Below are positions 40,240 to 50,525 of a DNA stretch of 64,000 bases, one piece after another. The notes beneath the pieces were generated by a model. That model was not told the origin of the DNA. It did not search any database and saw nothing but the letters and a program-made list of their open reading frames with translations. The number at the start of each line of letters is the position of its first letter. Position 1 is the first letter of the stretch. The stretch is taken from the sequence record MW879344.1. One strand, written 5' to 3'. The position numbers were made by a program, and so were the translations under genes.

Positions 40240-42921
40240 TTATTCACATGCCTCTACACGCCTTGCCATAACTTCAGCACGTCTAGTGGTTTGATTGTAC
40301 CATGCAGAATTACGTATACCAGCGGCAGCGGCTTTATAATCTCCACGAGCCATTGCAGCTAATGTATTTTTGAATTTTAATACTTTACCCTTACCCATTT
40401 GGAATACCATTTCAGTAAGTACTATTTGACAAATATAAGGAGTTTTCATATTATATTGTGCATATATAGATTGTGCATCACGAACAGTTCTGACTAAATC
40501 CTTCTGTAATAATGCATCAGCCGTTGGTTCATCAATACCACCAGCAAAATTATCTTTTGCAGTAATTAAATGTCCATAACCAATTGTTGGGTATCCCATA
40601 CTATCTTTATAAATCCAAAATCTACCATTTCGATAATATCCTACGGCAGTTTGATAGCGAATAGTACCTTCAAACTCTTTAACTTCTTCAATTAGTTGTC
40701 CATCAGATGCAGAAACTTTCCAATCCACTGAAGTTTTATCAATAGATGATAAATCCTCTGCTGGAACTTTAGCTGATGTATTACTATTACGTTTAGGAGT
40801 GCTTGTGCGTCTTGGATTATGTCTAGAACCACGTTGGGAATATACAGAACCAATACTATTAACCTTTGTAATAACTACTAACTCTGAACTATTTTCAGAA
40901 TAACCAGTTACTGGTGCAGGATTGAGATTAGATGGTTTACCAGCAGTTAAGCTTTTGTTTGCTGCTGAAGAACCTTTTCCAGTTACAGTGCTATAGAATA
41001 ATCCAGGGTCTACTGTTCCACTAAATCCATAAATGTTTGCAGATTGTAACCGTATTTCAAATTCAAATACTCCACTAGCTGTTCCTATTTTTTGACCTTT
41101 CGTAACAGTATCTTTATTATTAACAGTAATATTAATATCATAGAATACAGATTTATATCCAGTTGGGTGAGTTATAATTAGCCCACCTGATGTAATTTTT
41201 GTTACCAATCCTCCATCCGGTGCAACAATATCTCCCTTAGCTTGAATTATCCATCCATTACGGTTTGTTGTTGTTCCTGATTGGGTTGGAACACCTTTAC
41301 CCCAATATCCAAATTCACGAATAGTACCAGTACAAGGCATAAACATTTGCAAACCTTCATATGTTGTGGTATAAGTAACAGTAGTATCATCTTCTCCACC
41401 ATCACTAACGGTAAGATCTTGAGAAAGTACTTGACCTACCTCTTGAGTACTGTTAACATGTTGTACAGTCTCTTGAGCTTGCTGTTGTGGAGCTTCAGGA
41501 GCCACGTCATTAGCTGGTTCAGCATTAGCTGGGGCGGTAGTACTGCTATTTCCACCACCTGCCACAGCGGGTGCCATTGCGTTACTGTGGTTACTAGCAT
41601 CACTAAATGATTGGTGGTAATGTATGTGATTTGCCAATCCAACACTTGGTGTTTGGAAATCTGGAGCACCCATTGTTGCAGTACTAGCAGTACTTCCACT
41701 TTTAATAGTTAAATTATTTCCACCACCACTGATATTAACAGAAGAACCGGTAATATCAACAGTACTTGAAGCTGTTATTGCAGTGTTTGAACCTGAAGTA
41801 ATATTAGTACTAGAACCGGATTGTAAACGAATACTTGCACCAGCAACTAAACGCAAATCAGCTCCAGTGTTAATTACAACTTGACCATTTACTATGGCAT
41901 CTAATTTACCAACAAGATTAAGTTTACTATCACCAACTGCATGTAAGTTGAAATTTCTACCAACTTCAACATTTAAATCACGTTTAACTGTTAAATTAAA
42001 ATCTTCATCAGTACGTACAGTAATGCTTTTATCAGCATGAATTAATACTTGACCATCTACCGTTAATTCAACACGTGCAGTACCATCTCTGTTAATTATG
42101 AATACATTACCATCACTTTCTGATAATAATATTTGTGCACCACTACGAGTACGTAGTACAATTCCTTCATTCTTACGAGAACCAACAGTTGTGTCATTTG
42201 TTGGATTATCAAATTGGGTATTTTGATAGCTATCTTGGTCTTCATCCCAACTTGGAGCAGTTAATTCAGAATCAGTGAATCCATCATCTATAACGAATGA
42301 GTTTCCACGAGGTGAAGCCATTCCATATGTGGTTGAGATTGTTTGTCTAGTACTACTACGGTTAGGTACACCTTTTTGTTCATCATATAAAAGGTTTTGT
42401 TTCTTTAAACCTTCAACTAATGGAACGTTTACATATTTTTGATCTAATTGTGTTTGAATTGTATTTCTATCGTAATCAGTAATAGGTACTGGCATATCAT
42501 AACCAGAATTAGGCATCTTTTGTGATGCAGAACCAGGAACCATAGTATTCATACGATCATCATAACCACATGCGAACCACCAACAATCATGTATATTACC
42601 ATTAGCAAAGAATATTGCTACAGTTACCCCAACATCTGGTGGTACTGCCCAAAAACCGTATCCTTTTGGGAATTGTTGATAAGATTCTGCACCAGGTGTT
42701 CCTGGTGTTCTACCAGCAAATGGTGAAAGATATGATGCAGTAAGCCAAGACCCTTTAGAGTCTTTATCACTTTGTGAATTCTGCACCCATACTTTTAATT
42801 TACCAGTTCTGGTAGGATCTCGATTGTCCATTACGGTTGCTAGTTGGACAAATTGAGGATTGAACCTTGCATTTTGGTTATTAGCAAAGGTCATACTTTT
42901 ACTAGTACTATTATCCGCCAT
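40240..42921 (-). CDS. Central spike / tail lysozyme, T4 gp5-like (OB fold, beta-helix, M23-like domain, C-terminal lysozyme)
   Basis: DNRDPTRTGKLKV and PPDVG OB-fold motifs, beta-helix repeats, HIHYH, a LytM-like segment and a C-terminal GH24 domain. Confidence 0.8.
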   Translation of the reverse strand: MADNSTSKSMTFANNQNARFNPQFVQLATVMDNRDPTRTGKLKVWVQNSQSDKDSKGSWLTASYLSPFAGRTPGTPGAESYQQFPKGYGFWAVPPDVGVTVAIFFANGNIHDCWWFACGYDDRMNTMVPGSASQKMPNSGYDMPVPITDYDRNTIQTQLDQKYVNVPLVEGLKKQNLLYDEQKGVPNRSSTRQTISTTYGMASPRGNSFVIDDGFTDSELTAPSWDEDQDSYQNTQFDNPTNDTTVGSRKNEGIVLRTRSGAQILLSESDGNVFIINRDGTARVELTVDGQVLIHADKSITVRTDEDFNLTVKRDLNVEVGRNFNLHAVGDSKLNLVGKLDAIVNGQVVINTGADLRLVAGASIRLQSGSSTNITSGSNTAITASSTVDITGSSVNISGGGNNLTIKSGSTASTATMGAPDFQTPSVGLANHIHYHQSFSDASNHSNAMAPAVAGGGNSSTTAPANAEPANDVAPEAPQQQAQETVQHVNSTQEVGQVLSQDLTVSDGGEDDTTVTYTTTYEGLQMFMPCTGTIREFGYWGKGVPTQSGTTTNRNGWIIQAKGDIVAPDGGLVTKITSGGLIITHPTGYKSVFYDINITVNNKDTVTKGQKIGTASGVFEFEIRLQSANIYGFSGTVDPGLFYSTVTGKGSSAANKSLTAGKPSNLNPAPVTGYSENSSELVVITKVNSIGSVYSQRGSRHNPRRTSTPKRNSNTSAKVPAEDLSSIDKTSVDWKVSASDGQLIEEVKEFEGTIRYQTAVGYYRNGRFWIYKDSMGYPTIGYGHLITAKDNFAGGIDEPTADALLQKDLVRTVRDAQSIYAQYNMKTPYICQIVLTEMVFQMGKGKVLKFKNTLAAMARGDYKAAAAGIRNSAWYNQTTRRAEVMARRVEACE

Positions 42922-45283
42922 TATTATTTCCTTCGGTGTTATCAGTGTAGTTTTCTTTACGTCTTAGTGATCTAATTACTAATCCAGCAGTGATTTGTTG
43001 TGTGAAAGTACCATTGCTATTAAATTCACTAACAACTTTATTAACTCTATACAATGTTTGTGCAAATACAGAAGTTTGATTAATTTCCAAAATACCAGTA
43101 GTATCACTAATAGCAACAATTGGTTTTAAGTTTAAAAGAAGATATGATTCAGACGTTAAGTAATTGGCAAAGTGAATATCACTAGGATCAGGTTTCAAAT
43201 CTTCACCTTGTACTGCACGTTGTAGATATTTCATGAAAGAATAATCTCCCCATCCTAACCAGAATGGATCACCGAGTACTTTCATATCTAATTTTGCTAA
43301 AAATGAACGGTTATAGTAATTATCACGAACTAATCTGCGTTCAAGTTCATCATCTGAGCTATTATCACCTTTTGTACCGGAATTTGTTTGCTTAGTATTT
43401 GTTGGCTCTACAGGAATGCTGTTAACTTTGGGTATTCCAATACCATTAGTGCCATCAACGGTTAAATCATGATCTTTTCTGAAATCTTCAATGTATTTTG
43501 GTAATGATGGAGATAATGATAAGTTATAATCATCTTGCTCTTGCTCATCTTCAGTTGGCATTGTTTTTTCTTGTGCTAAATTTTGTGCATCACGGATAAA
43601 TTGGCGTTCTTCATCAGATAGTGTTTTACCACTGTCTTGTTCACGTTGTAAACTTTGTGATTTAGCCCATATATCTGTAAAACCATCAGCAGTACTATAT
43701 TGTTGTCCAGCTAATTCCAAAAGTTCAGCTTTATGAGTACCAGAACTGTTATCTTGGTCAATTTGTGACTGTGGGTTACGAACTACAGCTAGATTGAATC
43801 CTTGATCATATTTTAAGTCCAAATTAATAACTTCATTGTTTAAACCACTAAATTGATAATCATATCGTTTAGCATTTATCTTTGGTTGTTTATTTGGATC
43901 AGTTTCATCTGCTATTTTATCAGCATTTTCTCTAAAATATTCAAGATTAAATCTTTCTTCATGTAAATCGTCCTTTGAAGTTACATCTCCAATTTTATAC
44001 TTCAATACATAGAAGTAACTTTTAAAAGCAGAAGTATTTCGGATATTATCATAACCAATATACTTAGAAACTGGTATAATATTAACAAATTGTCTACGTT
44101 TATCAGTACTATCATGTAATGGCATACAACAATCTAATACATCATCTATTACTCTAGATACTGGAAGACTTGCTGCCCATGTAAATTGTTTAGATGCATT
44201 TTGACCAGATGAAGTTTGTGTAACTTCTGGACTTTGTTTTGAATCGTAATTAATTGTCATATTAGCCAATTCATTAGGACAAGAAAGTTCAAAGAATTTA
44301 TTATCTGCAAAGGCAGCGTACTTAAATCGTAGATAGCCATATTGATCAGTTGCTATCTTGTTTAAATGATCTTCTAATTGTTGTAAAAATTCTCCAAATG
44401 TTGCTGTTGTGCAAGTATATGGCTCCATAAGAGTCCAATCTTTATTTTCCATTATACCGCCACGTGTACTTGTCATTGTGAATGTATAATTCATTGTACC
44501 ACCAGATGGACTTGCAGAACCTGAGATAGTATTGATACGCATTCCCCATTTTCGGTTTAATCCTGGGATAATTGTTGGCTCTCCACTTTCTCCGTCGAAA
44601 CCTACAAAATTAAGTTCCATTACCAAAGGAACATCCATGAATTTTTGGTATCCAAGTTCATTTGATAGTACTACTAAGTCATCAAACAAACTCATACCAC
44701 CATTTTCTTGAACTTCCATGATACATGAGTTCAATGAATAGTTAGAAGTAAGTCCTGGTGTTGCTGGACCAGCCGAAGTTATCTTTACACTATTGATACT
44801 ATATCTTCCAGTTACTCCACTTTGTGCAATAACGTACTTAGATATTTCTGCATCCGAATTTTCAAAAAATAATTCATATTCTTTGTGATCCATTGTATAT
44901 AATGAAAAGTTCCAAGTATAATTATGATATTTCAATAACGGATTATCATATGGTAGTATCATTTCATTTAAATTTATATTAGAATATGTTCCATCCGGTG
45001 CGTTAAATGATTTTTGCTTTTCTTCAGTTGCACGTAGAACATATCCATTTGGTGTTCCTGGGATCATGCCTTTAACTTTAGCTTCAGCCGCATCGCCAGT
45101 ATTCTTTACTGATGAAGCTACCGCATTACTTGCCGCCGCTACATTATTTTTAGCATTAGTAGTTGCTTTCGCTATATCATCAGGTGTTAGTAGTAATTGA
45201 TCAACCGCACCTTCAATATTTTGTTGAGGGGATTGAGTGCTACCAGTAGTAGCTTTATTAACAATATTATTAATAGATGCCAT
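42911..45283 (-). CDS. Putative baseplate hub protein (gp27-like position)
   Basis: 790 aa directly upstream of and overlapping gp5; KVLGDPFWLGW motif; call rests on synteny. Confidence 0.5.
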   Translation of the reverse strand: MASINNIVNKATTGSTQSPQQNIEGAVDQLLLTPDDIAKATTNAKNNVAAASNAVASSVKNTGDAAEAKVKGMIPGTPNGYVLRATEEKQKSFNAPDGTYSNINLNEMILPYDNPLLKYHNYTWNFSLYTMDHKEYELFFENSDAEISKYVIAQSGVTGRYSINSVKITSAGPATPGLTSNYSLNSCIMEVQENGGMSLFDDLVVLSNELGYQKFMDVPLVMELNFVGFDGESGEPTIIPGLNRKWGMRINTISGSASPSGGTMNYTFTMTSTRGGIMENKDWTLMEPYTCTTATFGEFLQQLEDHLNKIATDQYGYLRFKYAAFADNKFFELSCPNELANMTINYDSKQSPEVTQTSSGQNASKQFTWAASLPVSRVIDDVLDCCMPLHDSTDKRRQFVNIIPVSKYIGYDNIRNTSAFKSYFYVLKYKIGDVTSKDDLHEERFNLEYFRENADKIADETDPNKQPKINAKRYDYQFSGLNNEVINLDLKYDQGFNLAVVRNPQSQIDQDNSSGTHKAELLELAGQQYSTADGFTDIWAKSQSLQREQDSGKTLSDEERQFIRDAQNLAQEKTMPTEDEQEQDDYNLSLSPSLPKYIEDFRKDHDLTVDGTNGIGIPKVNSIPVEPTNTKQTNSGTKGDNSSDDELERRLVRDNYYNRSFLAKLDMKVLGDPFWLGWGDYSFMKYLQRAVQGEDLKPDPSDIHFANYLTSESYLLLNLKPIVAISDTTGILEINQTSVFAQTLYRVNKVVSEFNSNGTFTQQITAGLVIRSLRRKENYTDNTEGNNNGG

Positions 45284-45295
45284 GTTGTTATATCC

Positions 45296-45610
45296 TTACG
45301 AAACGGTTCTAGAACCATTTAACCAGTTTTGTACACGTTGTAAAGTTGGAATTAAAATAGTTGTACCACTTTTAAAATCATAAATCGGGTCAACGAGAAT
45401 ATTTGGATTTAAAAGAGCAAATATATAATACAAACGCTCATTTCCATATAAATCTTTTGCTAAACGCCAAGGTTGTTCATCATATTGGTTCGGAATTTCA
45501 TATTGTGTATCTGAATCAGCAGGATAAAGTGGTGCTGGTAAATTATATCCAAGATACCAAGTTTGATTAGTCTTTGCATATGGTGAGTACTGACTATATT
45601 GAGATGACAT
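45296..45610 (-). CDS. Baseplate LysM-type protein, T4 gp53-like
   Basis: YDEQPWRLAKDLYGNERLYYIFALLN...GTTILIP. Confidence 0.7.
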   Translation of the reverse strand: MSSQYSQYSPYAKTNQTWYLGYNLPAPLYPADSDTQYEIPNQYDEQPWRLAKDLYGNERLYYIFALLNPNILVDPIYDFKSGTTILIPTLQRVQNWLNGSRTVS

Positions 45611-46347
45611 TAGATAAATCCTCCTTTACGTAATAATTCTCCACGTTTAAATGCATTCAAATTAAATTTGTTTGTCATAAAATCAGGAGTTGGTTGTTGC
45701 TCAAGCTGAATAGTAATTGTCATCTTTTGCGGAACCCATACTTCATTTTCTGGATTAACTGTACCAATATCTCGAATATTTTCGAAGTACTGTCTAGTTG
45801 CTTTATCCGAAAAATCAAATCCATCCATTGATGAGTCAACTGGTACTTGAATATATGAAACATCATCAGGATAACTAAATGAATAAGATTTAACTATAAC
45901 TGGAATATCATTATATACATACCTACCATATCCACTAAGTAGTAAAATTGGTGGTGGAGCACCGACAACAGCAAAGTCAGGATTTTGTGAGTTAGCTGCT
46001 TCTCTACCGAAATCCATTAAGGTAACTGAACGCAAAAAGTGCATACATGCTAATGTATACATTGCTTCCATTGCTGTTCCAGCAAAAAATGAACCCTGAA
46101 TTGTAATTACAGTATTCGATGTGTTTTTATAATTATTGTAGCCACTATTCGTGTGAACTGGCTGATCCATTTCATAATTTACTGTTCGTTGTTCAGAAAT
46201 AACGGGTGTATAGTTCCATACCATACCGTTAGTACTGCGAAGCATTGATAAAATGGATGGTTGTTGTTGTGGACCAGTACCATAATCCCCGTAAACATAG
46301 TTTGCGGCGGCATCTTTAGGTCTTAGTCTAATTCTACGATCTATCAT
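45610..46347 (-). CDS. Tail tube initiator-like baseplate protein (gp48/gp54-like)
   Basis: LRSVT...GAPPPILLLSGYG...VIVKSYSFSYPDDV; GGAG spacing supports the ATG at 46347. Confidence 0.55.
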   Translation of the reverse strand: MIDRRIRLRPKDAAANYVYGDYGTGPQQQPSILSMLRSTNGMVWNYTPVISEQRTVNYEMDQPVHTNSGYNNYKNTSNTVITIQGSFFAGTAMEAMYTLACMHFLRSVTLMDFGREAANSQNPDFAVVGAPPPILLLSGYGRYVYNDIPVIVKSYSFSYPDDVSYIQVPVDSSMDGFDFSDKATRQYFENIRDIGTVNPENEVWVPQKMTITIQLEQQPTPDFMTNKFNLNAFKRGELLRKGGFI

Positions 46348-46386
46348 ATACATTCTCCAAGAAAATATCATGAAGTATTTATTATA

Positions 46387-46415
46387 TGGAACGTTTTACA
46401 AATTTATGGTATAAT
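46387..46415 (+). promoter_or_regulatory. TG(G/A)AAC-N17-TATAAT promoter with extended -10
   Basis: TGGAAC 46387-46392, 17-nt spacer, TGg-TATAAT 46410-46415; drives the gp55-47-46 operon. Confidence 0.7.
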
Positions 46416-46462
46416 ATACATGTAAAACAAGGATCGTTTTATATTATAAAATGGAGATTTTT

Positions 46463-47323
46463 ATGGCAGTCAAACCAAAACGCAAGAAGTATTTAAACAA
46501 CGCGGATTTGCTACGAGAGATTCATATCAGTAAAATGTCATACTGCTGGGTGCTAGACGATGCTTACAGTATGTACGATTACATCGTCTTCGACGAGTCC
46601 GAAATTACTGAAGAATTAATTGAACTTGCTTCGGCAGAGCGAGTTAAGCGTTTAAATTCAAATACTTTAGATCAAATACGTGTAGCCAATGGATACACCA
46701 CAAAGAAAGCTAAAGAACATGCAGAAGAAAACAACTTACTTATTAGTACTGTTCCAGTAGATGAAGTTGTTATCCGAGTGATAAACAATGAACACATTCC
46801 ATTCATGGAAAATACCGTTGTTGAAAAGAAAGTTCGTACCAACTTTGAACCATTTAAACATTATATTGTTGACGAAAGTGGTGAACTATATGAAGTTGCA
46901 CGTTCGCATTGGCGTGGTGATTTGGAAAATGGTGAATTTTCACTTAATCATGGTAGAATGACTAATGAACTAGGTAAAATGTTCATTAAACTAGCAGAAG
47001 AAATATCTCATAAACCTAATTATCGTAATTATACATACTTAGATGAAATGATGGGAGATGCTAGAATCCAATTGGTTAAGAATGCATTACTTTTCAATGA
47101 AAGTATCTTGTACAAGAAAGTTAAACCCGCAGTACAGCTTAATCCTTTCGCATATTACACCTCATTTGTAAACAACGCATTCAGGTCAGTACTAAATGCT
47201 GAAAAGAATGTTCGTAACATTCGTGATGACCTCTTGGAAATTCAAGGGTATAATCCTAGTCATACTAGACAAATCGAAATTGAGATGAAAATGCTAGAAA
47301 GGAAGCAAAATGGCACTGTTTGA
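46463..47323 (+). CDS. Late-transcription sigma factor, T4 gp55-like
   Basis: YLNN.DLL.EI, NYRNYTYLDEMMGDA and NPFAYYT motifs; upstream of gp47/46 as in T4. Confidence 0.85.
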   Translation: MAVKPKRKKYLNNADLLREIHISKMSYCWVLDDAYSMYDYIVFDESEITEELIELASAERVKRLNSNTLDQIRVANGYTTKKAKEHAEENNLLISTVPVDEVVIRVINNEHIPFMENTVVEKKVRTNFEPFKHYIVDESGELYEVARSHWRGDLENGEFSLNHGRMTNELGKMFIKLAEEISHKPNYRNYTYLDEMMGDARIQLVKNALLFNESILYKKVKPAVQLNPFAYYTSFVNNAFRSVLNAEKNVRNIRDDLLEIQGYNPSHTRQIEIEMKMLERKQNGTV

Positions 47324-48341
47324 TAAAGCAATTACTTTTACTGATATTCACTTAGGATTGAAAAATAACAGTAAAGATCATAACATAGATTGTGTTAACT
47401 TTGTGAAGTTCACAATTGAAGAAGCAAAGAAAAGAGATATAAAAATTTGTATCTTTATGGGTGATTTTTTCCATAACAGAAGCAATGTTAACATCAATAC
47501 TCTAAACTATGGTTTAGAAATTATGACATTACTTAATAATCATTTTGACAAGACTTACTTTTTAGTAGGCAATCATGATATGTATCATAAGAATAAACGT
47601 GATATAACAAGTATTAACATGGCACGTGTTTTTGATAAAATTCACTTCATAAACAATATTGAAACAATAGATGATTGCACATTTATTCCGTTCATGATTG
47701 ATGAAGAATATCAACAACTTCCAAGTTTGCGTAGCAAATATGTATTTGGACACTTAGAACTTCCTGGTTATCTATTAAACAAGATGGTTCAAATGCCAGA
47801 TCATGGAAAAGAAACGGAAGAATCATTTGCAGGTTGTGATTATGTCTTTAGTGGACACTTCCATAAAAGACAAGCTAAGGTAACATCAAAAGGTACAAAA
47901 GTACTATATACTGGAAACTGTTTCCCACATAACTTCTCAGATACATGGGATGATGCACGTGGGGTGATGATTCTAGTTCACGGAGATGAACCAGAATTCA
48001 TCATGTGGCCTGATGCACCTCGTTATAGAACATTTACATTATCAGAAATGCTTTCTGAACCAACATATTATCTAGAAGATAATGTAGTTGCAAAAATTCA
48101 GATAGATATTCCTATTACGATGGATGAAATTAGTTTTATTCGTGAAACATTTTGTAAGTTGTACAAAATTCGTGAATTTAATATCATTCCTAGTAAAAAA
48201 TCGATGCAAAATGATTTTGGTGGTACTGAAATTGAGACAAGTACTCAATCAGTAGATGAAATTGTCATTGCACAGATCAACGAAAATAAATCAAATGTAA
48301 TTGATAACGAATTACTAATCCAACTTTATCTATCACTATAA
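47310..48341 (+). CDS. Recombination nuclease, gp47/Mre11/SbcD-like
   Basis: Metallophosphoesterase motifs TDIHLG, GDFFH, GNHD, GHLE and SGHFH. Confidence 0.92.
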   Translation: MALFDKAITFTDIHLGLKNNSKDHNIDCVNFVKFTIEEAKKRDIKICIFMGDFFHNRSNVNINTLNYGLEIMTLLNNHFDKTYFLVGNHDMYHKNKRDITSINMARVFDKIHFINNIETIDDCTFIPFMIDEEYQQLPSLRSKYVFGHLELPGYLLNKMVQMPDHGKETEESFAGCDYVFSGHFHKRQAKVTSKGTKVLYTGNCFPHNFSDTWDDARGVMILVHGDEPEFIMWPDAPRYRTFTLSEMLSEPTYYLEDNVVAKIQIDIPITMDEISFIRETFCKLYKIREFNIIPSKKSMQNDFGGTEIETSTQSVDEIVIAQINENKSNVIDNELLIQLYLSL

Positions 48342-48353
48342 TCGGAGGCACGG

Positions 48354-50495
48354 ATGCTATCTATTAAACGTATTTCAATGCGTAATTTCTTTTCTTTTGG
48401 TAACGCTCCACAAGTAGTGGATTTAGATAGTACTGATATATCACTTATTTTAGGTCAAAACAATGACGCTGCACCAGGAGATGACAATTCTGGTCGTAGA
48501 AATGGAGTTGGTAAATCAGCTATTAACCAAGCAATAGTTTTTGGATTGTATGGAAAGAGTATTGGGAATGATATTAAAATTCCTAACTTAGTTAATAAGA
48601 TTAACTCAAAGAATTGTGAAGTTATTATTGATTTCGAAAAAGATGGCGTAGAATACCGTATTGAACGTGGGCGATCACCCACGTTTTTTAATTTCTATCG
48701 CCTTGATGAAAATAATAATGTATCCGATGAGTCGCGTGGGGAAAAGAAAGATACACAAGAAGACTTAACTGGAATCTTAGGTATCTCACAACTTCTTTTA
48801 GAACATATTGTAATTCTAAATGCAAGTGTAGAACCATTCCTATCACTTTCACAACAGAAACAACGTGAAATTATCGAAGAATTACTTGGTATTACACAAC
48901 TTACTGAGAAAGCTAACCTACTTAAAGACATGTACAAGGAAACAAAACGTCTTGCAGATCAAGAAAAGTTTAAAATAGAAACTATTACTGAATCTAATAA
49001 ACGAATTGAACAAAGTATAGAGTCATTACAGTTAAGAGCAAATGAGTTTGAGTCTAAAAAGATTAAAACTATTCAAGAATTAAATGATCATTTACGTGAT
49101 TTCGAAGATGTAGACTTTAATCATCTGTTAGAACAAGCTTCTATAATGGAAAAAGCCATTTCTCACAATAAAGCACGTACTAATCTTGAAAATCGTGTTG
49201 CTCAACTGGCAATAAAGCATGAAGATTATTCAAATTCACTTCAATTGAAGAAAAATGCCCTTCTTAGAAGTATTCAAGAGTTAAGTACTTTTGATATTAA
49301 TAATGAACTAGAGAAACATGAAGAATTAGAAACATGGAATACGTTAGAACAATTATTAAAGGATGCATTGAATACCAAACGCTTTAAAGAACAACAACTA
49401 CGATCAGTAACGGATAAAATAACACTTCAAGAACGTTCATTACTAGCTGAACAAAACAAACTAGCAGATCTTGCAGATAGCAAATGTCCACTATGTAAAA
49501 ATTCACTAGAACATGATGATAATCATGCAGATATGAAACATAAATCTGAAGAAGAAGTTCAAAAGATACAATCTAGTATAGAAGTACTAAAAGGTGAAGT
49601 GCAAACCTTACAATTTGAAATCGAAAGACTTGAAATTTTTGAAATGCCACCTAAACCAACTACATTCTATAGTTCATTATCTGAAGCAAAACTACATGAA
49701 CATAAACTAGAAGAACTAACAAAGAAAAGTGTTGAAGATGATATTAATATCTATGATGATGAACTAATTCTAGCTTATACTGAATTAGAAAGTACTGAAA
49801 TTATGGAATATAATGAAACCTTTAGTACTGATGAAGTTAGAGAACTACAACGTTCATTTAATTCGTATGTTTCATCATTGGAACGTGAAAGTACTTCACA
49901 AAATCCATATTTTGACCAGATCGAGACTCTTAAACAGAATTCTCTACAATCAGTTGATTATGATGAATATAATAAATTAACAAAACTTGCAGATCATCAG
50001 GATTATTTGACTAAGCTATTGATGAATAAGGATTCTTTTGTTCGCCGCCGCATTATTGAGCAGAATATATCATTCTTAAACTCAAGATTAGAGTACTGGA
50101 TTGAAAAATCAGGTTCTCAACACACCGTTGAGTTCTTAAATGACCTAAGTGTAGACATAAATCTAAATGGACAGTCTTATGATTTCAAACAATTGTCTCG
50201 TGGTGAAAGAACACGTGTCATTCTATCGTTAAACTTAGCATTCCGTGATACATATGAATCATTGTACCAAAATATAAACATTATGTTTGTTGATGAATTA
50301 CTAGACAACGGTTTAGATAGTGGTGGTATTGAAAGTGCATGGCATATGTTACAAGATTTAAGTGCTGTACGTGGTAAAAATATCTTTGTTGTTTCACACC
50401 GTGAAGAATTAGTCAATAGAGCTAGTTCAATTCTACGAGTAGTGAAAGAAGATAGTTTTAGTACTGTTGAATTTTGTGATGCATTAGATCTATAA
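48354..50495 (+). CDS. Recombination ATPase, gp46/Rad50/SbcC-like
   Basis: Walker A NGVGKS, CPLC zinc hook, signature LSRGE, Walker B FVDE and H-loop VSH. Confidence 0.92.
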   Translation: MLSIKRISMRNFFSFGNAPQVVDLDSTDISLILGQNNDAAPGDDNSGRRNGVGKSAINQAIVFGLYGKSIGNDIKIPNLVNKINSKNCEVIIDFEKDGVEYRIERGRSPTFFNFYRLDENNNVSDESRGEKKDTQEDLTGILGISQLLLEHIVILNASVEPFLSLSQQKQREIIEELLGITQLTEKANLLKDMYKETKRLADQEKFKIETITESNKRIEQSIESLQLRANEFESKKIKTIQELNDHLRDFEDVDFNHLLEQASIMEKAISHNKARTNLENRVAQLAIKHEDYSNSLQLKKNALLRSIQELSTFDINNELEKHEELETWNTLEQLLKDALNTKRFKEQQLRSVTDKITLQERSLLAEQNKLADLADSKCPLCKNSLEHDDNHADMKHKSEEEVQKIQSSIEVLKGEVQTLQFEIERLEIFEMPPKPTTFYSSLSEAKLHEHKLEELTKKSVEDDINIYDDELILAYTELESTEIMEYNETFSTDEVRELQRSFNSYVSSLERESTSQNPYFDQIETLKQNSLQSVDYDEYNKLTKLADHQDYLTKLLMNKDSFVRRRIIEQNISFLNSRLEYWIEKSGSQHTVEFLNDLSVDINLNGQSYDFKQLSRGERTRVILSLNLAFRDTYESLYQNINIMFVDELLDNGLDSGGIESAWHMLQDLSAVRGKNIFVVSHREELVNRASSILRVVKEDSFSTVEFCDALDL

Positions 50496-50497
50496 AC

Positions 50498-50525
50498 AAA
50501 AAGGAGCCATTAGGCTCCTTTTTTT
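50498..50525. terminator. Bidirectional terminator
   Basis: AAAAAGGAGCC-atta-GGCTCCTTTTTTT; the EndoVII stop codon lies in the loop. Confidence 0.85.
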
